Positions 24,240-36,700 of a stretch of 64,000 nucleotides of DNA are shown one piece after another. A program made the position numbers and the translations under genes. The stretch's first letter is position 1, and each line of letters begins with the position of its first letter. This DNA comes from Flectonema sp. DT1601 (Eukaryota), in contig OZ025791.1 in the NCBI GenBank assembly GCA_964019425.1, positions 930,001 to 994,000 on the forward strand, read 5' to 3'. Under the pieces are notes generated by a model. The model worked only from the letters and a program-made list of their open reading frames with translations, was not told where the DNA came from and searched no databases.

Positions 24240-24415
24240 TACCTACCACTCCATACAAATGTTTTGATGTTAGAATAGACAAACACTTATGTTATTATTA
24301 AGGTATTCATTGTAGTCATAAACAACACTTCTAAACAGGTCATCATTATACCAAGAAGACATGTTGGGTGATTACAACCTAATCAGTCCTTTTTATTTTT
24401 ATTACAACAGCGACC

Positions 24416-24910
24416 ATGGAAACAGAAACGGAGTTGTCGGTCTTCTCACCGAAGATGCCGTCAGACATTAGACGGAGTTACAACAAACGACGAGCGGGTG
24501 CGATATACGGAAGAGCTGTTGTTTTTAAGAAATGGGGAAAGCAAACTAAAAAGGAAAAGCAGCGAATAAATGACATGCGAGGAGAACGAGAGCGGATGTG
24601 GTGTTTGCTGACACACATGAAATCTAAACCGCTTCCTGAGTTGGTGAGAAACATTTCCCCAGCTCATTGTTTTCCTATTTCATTAAAACACTCCTCACAA
24701 GTTAATCTTCCTATTCTTGAAAGTTGTATTCAAGTTCCGGTAAAACCGAGTACTGCAAAGTTTGCTGCTCGGCAGTGGAAGAATCTGACTGGACGATTAG
24801 CTTTTAATTCGGTTCAACGCGAGCCCTTTAATATGTCAACGATCCGTAACGAAGTGTTTGAATCAAAGAATAGATATGGAAACACTAATTACAAGGTTCG
24901 TGAATATTAG
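24416..24910 (+). CDS. Hypothetical protein, paralogue of 28386-29057
   Basis: Shares RxERExxW, LPxL...VPxKPSTAKxAARxW and RxPF...VFExK with the 28386 ORF. Acceptor ttattacaacag upstream. Confidence 0.75.
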   Translation: METETELSVFSPKMPSDIRRSYNKRRAGAIYGRAVVFKKWGKQTKKEKQRINDMRGERERMWCLLTHMKSKPLPELVRNISPAHCFPISLKHSSQVNLPILESCIQVPVKPSTAKFAARQWKNLTGRLAFNSVQREPFNMSTIRNEVFESKNRYGNTNYKVREY

Positions 24911-25110
24911 AATAATTGCTCCCTGCCATCCCTGCCAGCCATTTGTTTTGTTTTTCTTCTGATCATCTGTCGATGAGCAGCAAGCAGTAGTTTACACCTT
25001 CTTATTTCTGATGAATTTATTTCACATCAGAAATCTACTTCACAGCATCTTTTCTAATTTAACTTCACAAAGATAAATTATTCATCTCACTCAACAGCGC
25101 AGTACCTTTA

Positions 25111-26335
25111 ATGGCCGATGCGGACTTCGTTACTTTGGGAGGTGAGGAGTCTGAGGAGACTCAAAGTGAGCCGGAACCAAATTTATTAGGATCTCGCAGA
25201 AAGTCAATGTGCTTCGTAGAGATCCATACTAATGGAAAGAAGCAAAGTGTTGTATTAAATATAAACAGAGACATTACTGCAGCTGCTGAAAGGTTACGAA
25301 GAGATGATGTGCCTGTGAAAGTTCATCAATCAATGAGGAAAGGAGGAACTCTCAGAGCATCAAGTCCACCACCAACTTCTGTTATTTCTGGTCTTCCTGA
25401 TCCGATTGATTCAGATGAGGAAGACGAATGTCCAATTTGTTTAGATATTATTGAACAGTCTGATTATTTAACGACGAGTTGTATGCATAACTTTCATCAG
25501 TCATGTCTCTTATCATTTCTTCAATATAACAATCTTTATCAATGTCCATTCTGTAAACAATCGATCGTAGAAGTAACTCCTTACAACTCTAAACCACTTT
25601 CAAAAGATAAGCTACTCGAGATGCTCTACAACAGCGCCAGTGATGCGAAATTTGATTACGACGTTTGTTATTATTATTATTATTATTATTTTTTTTTTTT
25701 AAAAATAACTACTATCACTCTCTAAGACAACGTGAAAAAAATAACAACAAAAAATTAAAAAAAAACAGACCACAGACACAGTGAAGATAGACAGCGATGG
25801 GAAGGCAAGTGCTAACTTTGTTCTACAGCTCGTAGACACTTTAGGAGAGCCTTCGAAACTTGATAATTATAAAGTTGAAGCAGTGGCTCAGTGCAAAGCC
25901 CCTGGTGTACATCTTAAAAATAATATTGTTTGTGAAGCTGATTGCAATGGTGTTATTAAATTTGTTGACCTTCAAATAGAGATGCCGAAGAACTATAATT
26001 TAGAGTCTGGGTTATTTCTTAAAATAGAATTATCCTGCGATGCTGAAATAGATCAACTGGAACTGTTGTGTGATGGGAAATGTGTTGATGCAGAATTTGA
26101 ACTGGAAGAGCTTGGGTCTCCTTCTCAACAAAATAAATGTTTAAGTGCTAACAACCACAACGCCGTATCTTCTCAACCATCGTCTCCAATGGCTCAGACT
26201 ATTCCAATTGAAGCAAAGAATGGTAATATTCTATCGAAGAAGATTAGTACTCCTCCACCTCCTCCGGCAAAATCACGGGCTCCAACAAGAAAGGCAGCCT
26301 CAAAGAAGACAGAGTGCGGGTGTGTTATTGTTTGA
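25111..26335 (+). CDS. RING-finger protein with C-terminal CaaX, two exons (25111-25662, 25769-26335)
   Basis: CPICLD...CMHNFHQSC...CPFC RING-H2. Phase-0 intron GTTTGT(25663)...aaaaacag(25768) joins the two ORFs in frame. Ends KKTECGCVIV*. Confidence 0.8.
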
Positions 26336-27283
26336 GCATTGTTGTAGTTGTTCTGCTGCGTGAATGTCATTTTTCGAAAAAAAAGACAACTTTTTTTCCA
26401 TCCGATTCCAATTGCAGTAACTAACCAGTTAACGAGATAGTGCGTTGATATTTCAGTTCTCTGCATTCAGTTGTGGAATGTTTCACCGGGCGATTCATTT
26501 CGGCAGGTGATTAATAGCCATTTTATGCACAACAAAGAAGACGCTTCGTAACTCGTGCTCCCATCATCTCGTGCTTATAATCAGTTTTTTCAACTAGTCA
26601 TGAGGTGTACGCATTCATGAAAAATGGGTTTTATTTTTGTAACTAAGTAACGCAACGCAAAAATGGCACCCTCCTCCCTGGCCTATTTTTTTTTTCTCTC
26701 TTTTTTTTTATAAAGGTTGGCAGTTTATAATTTCTGGGGGGTGACAGCTGGGTGGAGTCCAAAGATTTTATTGCTCATCGTTTTTCGTTCCTTTTTTTAT
26801 GTTGTTCGGTTTTTTTTTTTTTGCTCCGAAAAAAAAAAAACTGGAAAAAATAATGATTTCTTTTTTTTATTTTTTTTTTCCAGCAAAACCCTTCGAGACA
26901 TCAGAGACTGCTGTAGAACGTGAATCTGCGTTCTATTATTTTTGGTTCAGGTTCAATTGATAATATTTATTGAGATGGCTCTAATTAGTACCTGCAAAGT
27001 GCCCTCTCTCTTTGCGAGTGTTTGCACATTGTCAGAGTAAGAAAGGCTAAAAAAAATAAGAAAAAAGAAGGAGAAAAAAGAAAAAAGATTTCCGCTCTGG
27101 CCCCGTCTACAAGTTTTCTACGTTCAGTTGGTTCCTTTTTTTTGGGTAAGTTATTCAGGATGTGTTTATTTGAGCAGTTAAAAAAACACTGCTGATGTTT
27201 CGAAAAGAATACGAATTGTCTTAAAGTTATATTTTCTTAAAGAGGACACACAAATGACGAGTTGGGATTACTAATTTCGTGTA

Positions 27284-27315
<32 letters not shown>

Positions 27316-27356
27316 TTAATTTCACTAAAATTAGTTGTTGACAAGAGTGCCCCTAA

Positions 27357-28087
27357 TGGATGACCTCACCACGTTGCTGGTGGCTGAACGACGAGGTGAT
27401 TGGAAAGCAATCCCGTCGTGTATTACAAAAGTTTTATTGATGTTGAATTCCGCAGTCATCGATCTTCGTTATGAAATCCAATCGGCTAACAAAGATGATC
27501 AAGAAAAAGGAAATAGCAACACCGTTGAGGAATTAATTAAAAAATGTGATGTGTTTTCTGCTTCCCTTAATGATGCAGAACAGCTCATCAATAAATCTGA
27601 AGAAGATAGATCAAACTTAAATAGAAATGCTACGACATCTTCTTCTTCCAGTCCGTTGACAGCACCGTCTCCGTTGAGAAAACGAGAGGAGGGAGGGAAT
27701 CGATCTAAAAATATTAAACTTCGAAAACATCGTCACAAAGCAGCTCATTTACTACCGGTTAGGAATTCTAAGTCTCCTTCAAGATTAAAAAGATTTGTTA
27801 AATCTGGTAAGAGCAATGAAGGAAATCAAAGCCCAACACTAATGATGATGAACGTTCCTTTAGGACCACCTCCCTTGTCGGATACGGAGGAAGAGAAGAC
27901 ACATCCTTCCGATGTCAGATCGCCTTCTATCAGACTTCCTTGTGGATCTCCACTTTCTTATGCCACTCAGAGTGTTAGTGAATTTTCAATGAGTATGACA
28001 TATGATCAACCAACAACTCCTCCTTGTCCCCCTAAACAAGTAGCCATTCACCGTAAAACAAGACGAGGTATATTTAAACATTCATAA
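27357..28087 (+). CDS. Hypothetical S/P-rich protein
   Basis: ~243-aa ORF from the first ATG, downstream of a T tract. Confidence 0.6.
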
Positions 28088-28385
28088 CCAGAAATAACTG
28101 ATACTTGGATTGCGCTTTAGAGTGCGCTTATTTTTTAATTTCTTATTAATTTTAAATTTCAATTTTTTTTTTTTTTTTTTACCTGAAAGGATACTTTAGA
28201 AATAGATTTTCACAAACAGTCTTTCAGGGCGGAAAGACTTCTTCATTTTAAATTTAAAGTTTGAATATGTACTTTCTGAGTCCTTTACCATAGAAAATGA
28301 TGTGATAAGGTTACAACTGAAATGTCTGAAAAGGATGAAATGAATTTACCAAAAAACTGAATTTATTTTTTCAACACAGCAATCG

Positions 28386-29057
28386 ATGCAGTATGTGTCT
28401 CAAGAGCAGGTCACTACTAATAGCTGGGCAGCCTCACCTCCGACAATGAAGATTCACCGTCAGCGTTATTACAAGCAACAGGCTATGTCGTTGTACGGAT
28501 CTGTGAAGGCTGACACAAGGAATAAAAAGAAGGGAAATAAAAAGAAACCCAAAGAAATAAGAGCAGAACGAGAGAAGTTGTGGTACTCCGGTAGTGCGGA
28601 TTACCAACTTCCAGTTATGTACGCAGATACCTGGAGGAAAGAAGAGAGAAGAAGTATTGCTCCGATACCTGTTCCTCCTCGAAAGCCTTTTCAAAAAATA
28701 GATTGCCGTCAACCAGTTTGTCTTCCTGTTTTAGATAATTTACTTTCTGTTCCTATGAAGCCGAGTACAGCAAAGTCTGCTGCCCGTCTTTGGATGTCAA
28801 GAAGTGGGGAGGAAATCACGGAGGAAGTTATTTCACCGCGAGATCCGTTTGATACGAATTGCTTGAGCAGCGCGGTGTTTGAAACTAAGTGTGGTTACCC
28901 TCATCAAGAATTTGATACCATTCCTTTAATGCTTCCTGCGACTACCCCAACTCGTAATCCTGATAGGATGAAAACCCCAAGAAAACCACCTTCTCGATCC
29001 ATGCCTGCAATTGTTTCTACAACGACAATCACATCTACTTCGATAGATTCACTGTGA
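28386..29057 (+). CDS. Hypothetical protein, paralogue of 24416-24910
   Basis: Shared motif blocks with the 24416 ORF; acceptor ttttttcaacacag upstream. Confidence 0.75.
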   Translation: MQYVSQEQVTTNSWAASPPTMKIHRQRYYKQQAMSLYGSVKADTRNKKKGNKKKPKEIRAEREKLWYSGSADYQLPVMYADTWRKEERRSIAPIPVPPRKPFQKIDCRQPVCLPVLDNLLSVPMKPSTAKSAARLWMSRSGEEITEEVISPRDPFDTNCLSSAVFETKCGYPHQEFDTIPLMLPATTPTRNPDRMKTPRKPPSRSMPAIVSTTTITSTSIDSL

Positions 29058-29470
29058 TGCTATTCTCTCTTTCATTATTAATTGAAAGGATTATTTTCTT
29101 TTGTAAGACCCCTCGGTTTACCTTTTTTTTTTGTTTCGTCTCTTCGATCCCCAACAGCTACTCTTTCGGGTACGCTACCTTTTGCAAACAATTTCTTTTC
29201 CTCTTTTTTTTTTTTTTTTTTTTTGTGGATAATCTACAAAAAAAAAAAAAAAAGAAGAATAAGAATTCGATTCTTTGATTCAACACTACCGATGACGAAT
29301 TATAAGATTTGCTTATTTTGAACTGCCATGTAGAGAGCTACTAACACAAGCCAGCATACGAATTGGAAAAGGATACCTTCGATACTAGTTTGTGTGTATT
29401 GCTTAACATGTTATTGTTATTTATTTATTTATTTATTTCAGAGGGGATTGTTCCGATTAGCAATTAAAAA

Positions 29471-31768
29471 ATGTTTAGATCGCTGTTGGGGAGCGTGACT
29501 GAGAGTGCGCCACTCTCCGCGTCACCCCCTCCTCCAGCACCTGTTTCTGGGATTGTAAGTATGCTTAACGGTGAGAAGATGGAGATGTCTGTTTCTGGGT
29601 GTGGAGCACCAAAAACACATCCTCACTTATTCGCAGAAGATAATGATTGGATTCATGGAAGTCTTTATATTACGAATTATAGAATGATATTCGTAGGAAC
29701 TGATAACGTCTTAGGATACGACATTCCTCTATTAAAGCTTCGAGCTGTTACAAAAGCAAACCTCCGCCCTCCAGCAACTAACGCCTGTCGACTTCAATTT
29801 GAAGCTGAAGATTGCTGCTCCCTTCTCACTAGTTTCCAGCCAGAAGATGGTGCGAGAAAACAGGTTTGCGCCCATTTGCAATCAATTCTAAATGCGGATC
29901 ATCCAAATGTTTGGAGAGAAACTTTCTTTTGCTTTACACACGGTCCTATTCCTTTCACACCACCACAATACGTTGGAACAACAACTCAACTTTCTTCAAT
30001 AGACGGCTGGACTCTCTTCAATCCAGATCTCGAATTCGAACGACAAGAAGCACTTGTTAATGGATGGAGGATAACTAACTTAAATCAAGGACATGAGTTC
30101 GCTACATCATACCCAGAGAAGTTGTGCATCCCGCAGTCTATTACCGATGAAGTTGCGAAGAAGTGTGGTGAGTTTCGGAGGAAAAAGCGAATCCCAGTTC
30201 TGTCTTACTTCCACAAGAAAACGAAGGCTGCCCTTTGCAGGTCCAGTCAACCGGAATCAGGAATTCTAGGAAAGAGAGATCAGTATGATGAGGAAATGGT
30301 GGCTGCGATTGCAAACGGAAATCGGTTTCAAATTATAGATGTCCGCCCTCGCTGTAATGCTGAAGCACAAAAGTTACAAGGAGGAGGTTACGAAGACGAG
30401 GCTTTCTATGGAACGCCTGTTACTTTCGCGAATATCGAAAACATTCACGCAGTCAGAGATGTGTTTAATAAATTAAGGACCTGCGTATATTTATCAACGA
30501 AGTGGTTGACTCTTGTCGACCAGTCTCAATGGATTGATTATGTAATTCTAATACTTCAGGTTGCTAAACAGTGTGCTCAACTTCTTGAGTCTGGTGTTTC
30601 TATTCTACTTCATTGTTCAGATGGATGGGATAGAACTGCTCAGGTCAACTCACTCTCTCAACTGATGCTGGATCCGGAGTTTCGTACATTCAAAGGGTTT
30701 GGTTCTCTCATTGAAAGAGAATGGATATTTTCTGGACACAACTTCCGTTCTCGTTCGGGTTACGGATCTCCAAAGTACGCGAGTCCCATTTTCCTGCAAT
30801 TCTTAGATGCGACTTATCAACTTCAAGTTCAATTCCCTCACGCCTTCGAATTCAACTCTTCACTTCTTATATTACTAGCTGAGTCATTGCACTCAGGGAG
30901 GTTTGGGACATTTGCGGTTGACTCGCCATTCGACATTTACACACACTCGATGAAAGAAACCACAACCTCGATTTGGTCATATGTTTTTAGGAATACAAAA
31001 AGGTTTAGGAATTCAGCTTACGTACCCGCGACTTCTCCCGATGGTTTGGTGACTATAATACCAGACACCAGACCACTGGCTATTCATTTTTGGAGGGAAT
31101 ACTTTTTGAGATTCGCAGGGGGGATGGCAGTTCCAAAGAACACAACTTCAACGACAGATGGTGGTCGTTGGGAGCGAGTTGCTCGTGAATTAGCTGGTCA
31201 GTATTCCCGTTCACAGGGAAAGTTATTCGAAGTTTCTAAGAAATCGAATATTAAGATACAAAAACCTCATCAATTATCGTCTTTGGGTGTCTTTTTAGTT
31301 TCACAAGAAGATGGAAATGACGAAACTCCAACCAGCTGTCAGAAAAATGAAAGCAGCGGATCTTTAAAAGAGACAACTGACGACCCGCGGGATACAGAAA
31401 TTGCATCCCTCCGTTCTGATAATAAAATGTTATCAAAGGAAGTCTCTCGACTACTCGACTTGTTGGCATCTAGAGGAGGAGAACACCACCGAGAACGATC
31501 ATTAAATAATAATAATAACACTAACAAGCATGTATCTGTTTCAGATGATTTATTCCCTGAAGGAGGTGATTGTGATGATGATTATCAATCCGGAGACAAC
31601 TCAAATGAAAATGAAGATGCCGATTTTGCAAATTTCGACGACTTCTGGGCTGAAGAAGTCGATGTTCATCTCGAGTCCGTCTACGCTAATCTTTCATTCT
31701 CTTCTGCTCCAATTCATCGACATGGTCAGCATCGAGATATACCTATTCCTGTTCCAACACCTTCGTAA
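29471..31768 (+). CDS. Myotubularin-related phosphoinositide 3-phosphatase
   Basis: GRAM-like GSLYITNYRMIF, LCRSSQP, GGGYE, ENIHAVR, intact catalytic HCSDGWDRT, SPIFLQFLD, coiled coil. Confidence 0.95.
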   Translation: MFRSLLGSVTESAPLSASPPPPAPVSGIVSMLNGEKMEMSVSGCGAPKTHPHLFAEDNDWIHGSLYITNYRMIFVGTDNVLGYDIPLLKLRAVTKANLRPPATNACRLQFEAEDCCSLLTSFQPEDGARKQVCAHLQSILNADHPNVWRETFFCFTHGPIPFTPPQYVGTTTQLSSIDGWTLFNPDLEFERQEALVNGWRITNLNQGHEFATSYPEKLCIPQSITDEVAKKCGEFRRKKRIPVLSYFHKKTKAALCRSSQPESGILGKRDQYDEEMVAAIANGNRFQIIDVRPRCNAEAQKLQGGGYEDEAFYGTPVTFANIENIHAVRDVFNKLRTCVYLSTKWLTLVDQSQWIDYVILILQVAKQCAQLLESGVSILLHCSDGWDRTAQVNSLSQLMLDPEFRTFKGFGSLIEREWIFSGHNFRSRSGYGSPKYASPIFLQFLDATYQLQVQFPHAFEFNSSLLILLAESLHSGRFGTFAVDSPFDIYTHSMKETTTSIWSYVFRNTKRFRNSAYVPATSPDGLVTIIPDTRPLAIHFWREYFLRFAGGMAVPKNTTSTTDGGRWERVARELAGQYSRSQGKLFEVSKKSNIKIQKPHQLSSLGVFLVSQEDGNDETPTSCQKNESSGSLKETTDDPRDTEIASLRSDNKMLSKEVSRLLDLLASRGGEHHRERSLNNNNNTNKHVSVSDDLFPEGGDCDDDYQSGDNSNENEDADFANFDDFWAEEVDVHLESVYANLSFSSAPIHRHGQHRDIPIPVPTPS

Positions 31769-32818
31769 GACTTTTTTTTTTTTTTTTTTTTTTTTGATGT
31801 AATTTAATACAACAAACGTTAGTTGGAGAGGATTGCAACGACGGTCTTGATCTTAATGTCTCTGACTATCCCTAACGCATGGCGACTAGTGATCGGAGAT
31901 TGTTTTTTTTTTTTGAGTCTCAACACACCTCTAGCCACCTTCCCACTGTTGACTTAATTAAATAATTCTCTGAACGGCTTTTAGTTGACATTGGTTTAGA
32001 CGATCTGTTTTTATAATAAAGAAATAAAACTGAAAAAAAAAAAAAAAAAAAAAAAAAAGAACATTTCTCATACGTCTCAGGAAATTAGGAATAAAGAAAA
32101 AGATAAAATAGTAGAAAAAGTTGTGCTACATCAGAAAAACTCTCCCAATAACAGTAGCTTATATAAGTAGGGATCAATCCATGGATTCGACGTAGTATCC
32201 CATAACAACAATAACAACAACCACGAAAATAAAATAGTTAAGGTATTTTGGGTTATATTTTTTTTTTTATTGTTTTTTGATCCCACTATATTTTTTTTTT
32301 TAAAGTTTTTTTTTTTTTTTTTGATCAGTAAAAGCAATTGGTAACTTGAAATCTTTGAAGAGACTAATTGAAGTGGAGATCTTTTAGCATGAGTATCATC
32401 GAATGATTGCAAGAAAGCTTCGATTTCGTAAAATAAATAAATAAATATTCAGACAGTTGATCATCTGGGTTGTTGCCTATCACAAACTCTTATTGACAGT
32501 TTTTTTTTTTCCCTTTCAATTTTATTTTTATTATTATTATTATTATTTTTTTTTTTTTGTATCAAAAAACCTGAAAAAGAAAGAAAATTCAAAAAAAAGA
32601 AAACAAAGCAAAGCAAACAAACGAACAAACAAACAAACGAACTAAGAAAATAAAAAGACGTCTTCCGCGACGCCTCTCCCGCGATCTCCTAGCCCCAGAT
32701 AAGGTTTTTACGATGTGAGGATAATAATGTGTTATATATATAGTTAGTTTTTATATATTTTTTAATCTTGATGTTGTGGCTATATTTACTTAATCATTTC
32801 AAACAAAGGTTTCAAGGC

Positions 32819-33838
32819 ATGCTACCCCCTGTCTTGATATTCATATGTACTTATGCAATCTTATCCGAAGGATTGCTTATCGACAACGCGCGTATTGACA
32901 GAATCGCAATCCGACGTGAAGGTGGAGCACAACTAATAGAAAGTACGGCAGGTGGGAAAATATTTTCCATTACGACGGAAGATGTTGATGTTGAAAACTC
33001 ACTTCCCAAACAATTACAGTGGCTAGACGACGTGTTGTCGGAAACAAAGAAATCATCTCCAAAAGCTCTACTGATCACAAGAGATCCAACAAACAGTAAA
33101 TACCTCGAACAAAACTTATTTCCAATTCTGATACGTAATCGAGTCCCAACTATTGTATCAGGTGAGGAGTCTCATAGGAGGTACACTCATGTGAAGAAAT
33201 CATTTGGAGTTCACGTCATAAATTGTTATCACTTTAGTAAAGAAGGAATAGAAACAAAACCAATAGCAGCTGATCTTTCTATTGTTGGTGATGAGGTAGT
33301 TCAGTTTTCATTTACTGAAACATCATTATGTCCAATCTTTATTGGATTGTTTCCTGAAGCTGCTCCGATGACAGTAACGAGTTTCCTGACTCTTGTAAAA
33401 TCAGGTTACTACAACCTTTCTACTTTCTACCGAGCAGAGAAGAGATTCGTCTTGCAGGGAGGTGCCAGAAGGAAAACAGGTCGTGTTCCGAGTAGGAAGA
33501 TAGCTCCTCTTCCTCTGGAGGCAAATGTTCCGAACCAACGAGGAACGCTGTCAATGGCGAGGACACCAAATCCGAACAGCGCAACAACTGAATACTTCAT
33601 CAACGTTGCAACGAACACGGGACTTGATGCCGGATCTCGTGGTCCAGGCTACGCTGTTTTTGGAACCCTCCTTGGAGAGCATTCCATGGAAGTAGTACAA
33701 ACAATACTAAAGCGACCTACTAAGAGACAAGGAAAATTAAATATTTTAAAAGAACTGGTCGAAATTTCAACTGCAGTCGTAATCAGTTACGACGAGGCCA
33801 TGCGACTCTCATCTATGGACTGCCAGACTTCAGAATGA
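32819..33838 (+). CDS. Signal-peptide protein with C-terminal cyclophilin-type PPIase domain
   Basis: APMTVTSFL..GYY..TFYR..FVLQGG..NQRGTLSMAR..SATTEYFIN..N..LD..GYAVFG; hydrophobic N-terminus MLPPVLIFICTYAILS. Confidence 0.85.
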   Translation: MLPPVLIFICTYAILSEGLLIDNARIDRIAIRREGGAQLIESTAGGKIFSITTEDVDVENSLPKQLQWLDDVLSETKKSSPKALLITRDPTNSKYLEQNLFPILIRNRVPTIVSGEESHRRYTHVKKSFGVHVINCYHFSKEGIETKPIAADLSIVGDEVVQFSFTETSLCPIFIGLFPEAAPMTVTSFLTLVKSGYYNLSTFYRAEKRFVLQGGARRKTGRVPSRKIAPLPLEANVPNQRGTLSMARTPNPNSATTEYFINVATNTGLDAGSRGPGYAVFGTLLGEHSMEVVQTILKRPTKRQGKLNILKELVEISTAVVISYDEAMRLSSMDCQTSE

Positions 33839-33960
33839 ATACACCAAGAGAGTAAGTTTTTGAATACAGTTTATCTTGTTATTAATAACCACATTACTAT
33901 TGATTGAGATCTATTTTCGATTTCCTTTCTTTATTATTATTTTTTTTTCTCTTACTCAGG

Positions 33961-34473
33961 ATGGGTTGTGCGCCCTCTAATGCAAAGAAAGTTAAATGGG
34001 ATTCAATAACAATAACAAAAGATAAAGAGAAGATAGAAGAAACTGTTGTGAAGAAAAGAAGGAAAAGACGAAGGAAGGTTAAACGAAATATTGCAAACAG
34101 TCATTCAGTGGTTGCAGATGATAAACAAATAAAAGAAGAGGAACCTGTTATTATTAAAACTGAAATAAAAGCAAAGACTTCGAGTGATGATTCAGAATCA
34201 GTGATACATCTTAATTTACTTAAATCAACAACATCATTAAGAAAAACATCAGTACATGCTGAGCTCGCAGCATCAGTTGATAGCTGTTCTGATAGGGTCT
34301 GGCTGACCGAGGCGATCATAAAACAGATTCCTTGCATCCCTCCAATAAAACTCCGTAATGGAGTTTCCAACTGGATTCAAGACGTAGTACCTGACACTGT
34401 GATAGATCCTGCCCCTGATCATTTTAGTAATTCTCAAACTAGTTTTGCAACGGACTTCTCTACCTGTTCATAA
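33961..34473 (+). CDS. Hypothetical protein with N-terminal acylation motif (MGC)
   Basis: MGCAPSNAKK immediately after acceptor tttctcttactcag. Confidence 0.65.
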   Translation: MGCAPSNAKKVKWDSITITKDKEKIEETVVKKRRKRRRKVKRNIANSHSVVADDKQIKEEEPVIIKTEIKAKTSSDDSESVIHLNLLKSTTSLRKTSVHAELAASVDSCSDRVWLTEAIIKQIPCIPPIKLRNGVSNWIQDVVPDTVIDPAPDHFSNSQTSFATDFSTCS

Positions 34474-35298
34474 CATCAGGAATTACATCAGTGGTTTACT
34501 TCACTACTTTAGACTGCTGACAGGCATCTCTATTGATTCTGTATGAGTGCTAGACACTTTAGAGGACAAGTGGTGGTTGGTTGTGGGATGTTCACACGTT
34601 CCTTTTTTTCTCTTTTTTTCTTTTTCCATCATCCTGTTGAGTTATTCTTAGGAACTATTAGAAAGTCCAGTACCTCGATGGTTCCCAAAATGATTTCTTT
34701 ATAAAAGAAATCGGATCTCGTGAATGTGGTTTTATGACCTATCCAACCTTATTACGTGACAGGAAAAGTAAAATTATTATTTTATTTTTTGCTGTGGCTG
34801 TTCGATTACCTTCGTTTTTGTGTTCTTATCTTTTTGTTTCATCTTTTTTAAATATTTCGCCTCAGAAGAAAAAAAAAAAAAAAAAAAAGCAGCAATTTCG
34901 CTTCCACTTTTTTAACTTACTCTTGTGTGGCTAGAGTCGCTCGAGAATTGAAAAAAATATATGGCCTGGTGCATGATGTTGAATTCTTATTGTTGGTTCT
35001 CTCATTTTGTCATTTGCACTAACAGCAAGCACTCTTTACAGATTGCTTGCTGTTCCTTTGTTTCTTTCCTTCCTTATTTTTATTTTTTATAATATTATGT
35101 TTTTCTTACACTTCACTTTTATTATAATATTCGTTGCTAAATTATTATTTCTATCGGGGAAAAAAAAAAAAAAAAACCAGCAGACTCTCTAACAGAACTG
35201 ATAAGTTGCTGTGTTCAGTGTGATATAGTTTAATGGGTGCAGGTCTGTGTGGTTGTTGTTTATATTATTTGTCACCCTTCCCTTTTTGTTATTTCTAC

Positions 35299-35330
<32 letters not shown>

Positions 35331-35540
35331 GTGGAAGAAGGTGAGCATTTCTTGGGGCAGAGTTTCCCAAAAAAATGTTTTCTGAGGAAACAGAAACTAA
35401 CAAACAAGACATGCCTATGGTATACTTTTGGTTACGCAACTTTTTGGACGAGTTGAGAAAATCCTCTTTCTAACTTAACTGTAGTTATCAAAGGGAAAAT
35501 AAAAAAAGGGGAACACAGGTACAAATACTATTTTAAAAAA

Positions 35541-36332
35541 TATATCAGTCATTCCTTGTTTTTGCGAACAAATTCTGGACACTGAAAATCTTTTTCAAAA
35601 AAAAAATGTAAAAATTTCGATCGAAGCGGCATTTTAATGCGCTGCATCGTTGGGTTCATTTCCGTCCGAAATCGGGAGGTTGGCATCACATACTTGTCTC
35701 CCGAATTGAGAAAAGAGATTTTGTGGTTTACTAAATCAGCTCAGCCGTGGACCAAAACAAAAGTACCAAAACTAAAAATTACTCGAAGGGTCTAATTTTA
35801 CACTGCTGGCCCAGCGGGATCCAGAGAAAAAACAATCGAGCAAAAATATATTAAAGAGTACTAAGCATGTGCCGGTGAGGCAGATTGTTACTACCCGTCT
35901 TTTTAGACCTACTTTGATACTTAATGAAAACACTTTCTTTATATAGATGCAACATTTTCCTTACATAATTGCTACTAGGGTTGATTAGTTAGCAAAAAGG
36001 TGCATATCTCCTGAGTGCGGGAGAAGGGAAAAAAATAGTAAAAAAAAAATTAGGGGTGTTTTTTACTCAGATTTTCTCGATCTTTCCATTCCAGGTCTGG
36101 GATTAATATTTATCATTGAGTAGTACCAAGGAAATCTTGCAAAGAGACGTTTATCTCTTTTTAGCAGCACTTACCATGTTTAAAAGTATATCCCTATGCC
36201 TAATTTTACAGATCGCACCCTCCCCGATTCCAAAAAATAAAAAATCGAGCAAAAGTAACATATCGTGTAACCTTGCTCAGGCGGTGAGAAAATAGTGTTT
36301 TTTGTTCGCAAAAAAAAGGAATGACTGATATA
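35541..36332. mobile_element. ~790-bp MITE-like element with ~32-bp terminal inverted repeats
   Basis: tatatcagtcattccttgtttttgcgaacaaa (35541-35572) vs tttgttcgcaaaaaaaaggaatgactgatata (36301-36332): 31/32 complementary, TA at both ends, no internal ORF. Confidence 0.85.
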
Positions 36333-36700
36333 CTTTTCTTACAGTTATATTCATTTTGCACTACGCTGCTGATTTTTTTTCTCTTTTTTTTTTTTTCTTT
36401 CGACAGTCAGAATCCGATCATTCCGTTGATTCTTCTCAGTGTTGTGTGTGAAGAGTGATTTCCCTTCGTTTTATTGTTCTCAAAAAAAAAATTTTAAAAT
36501 AAAATTCTGATTTGGATTAAAAAGATTACTTTTTTTTTTTTTCGATTTTTTATTTTATCGTATTCTCACAGCAGCATATCACCATCACCAACAAAAGTAA
36601 CTCTCACATAGTCACAATTGGGTAGTGAAGCTAATGTAGTATTTGTTGTTTTATTATTCTTCTTCATATCACAGTATAACCTTAACACTCTATTTGGAGT

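Noticed and set aside
25004..25034. CTGATGA with downstream GAAA as a hammerhead
   Set aside because: It is a simple inverted repeat (atttctgatg/catcagaaat) that sequesters the core; stems I-III are absent.
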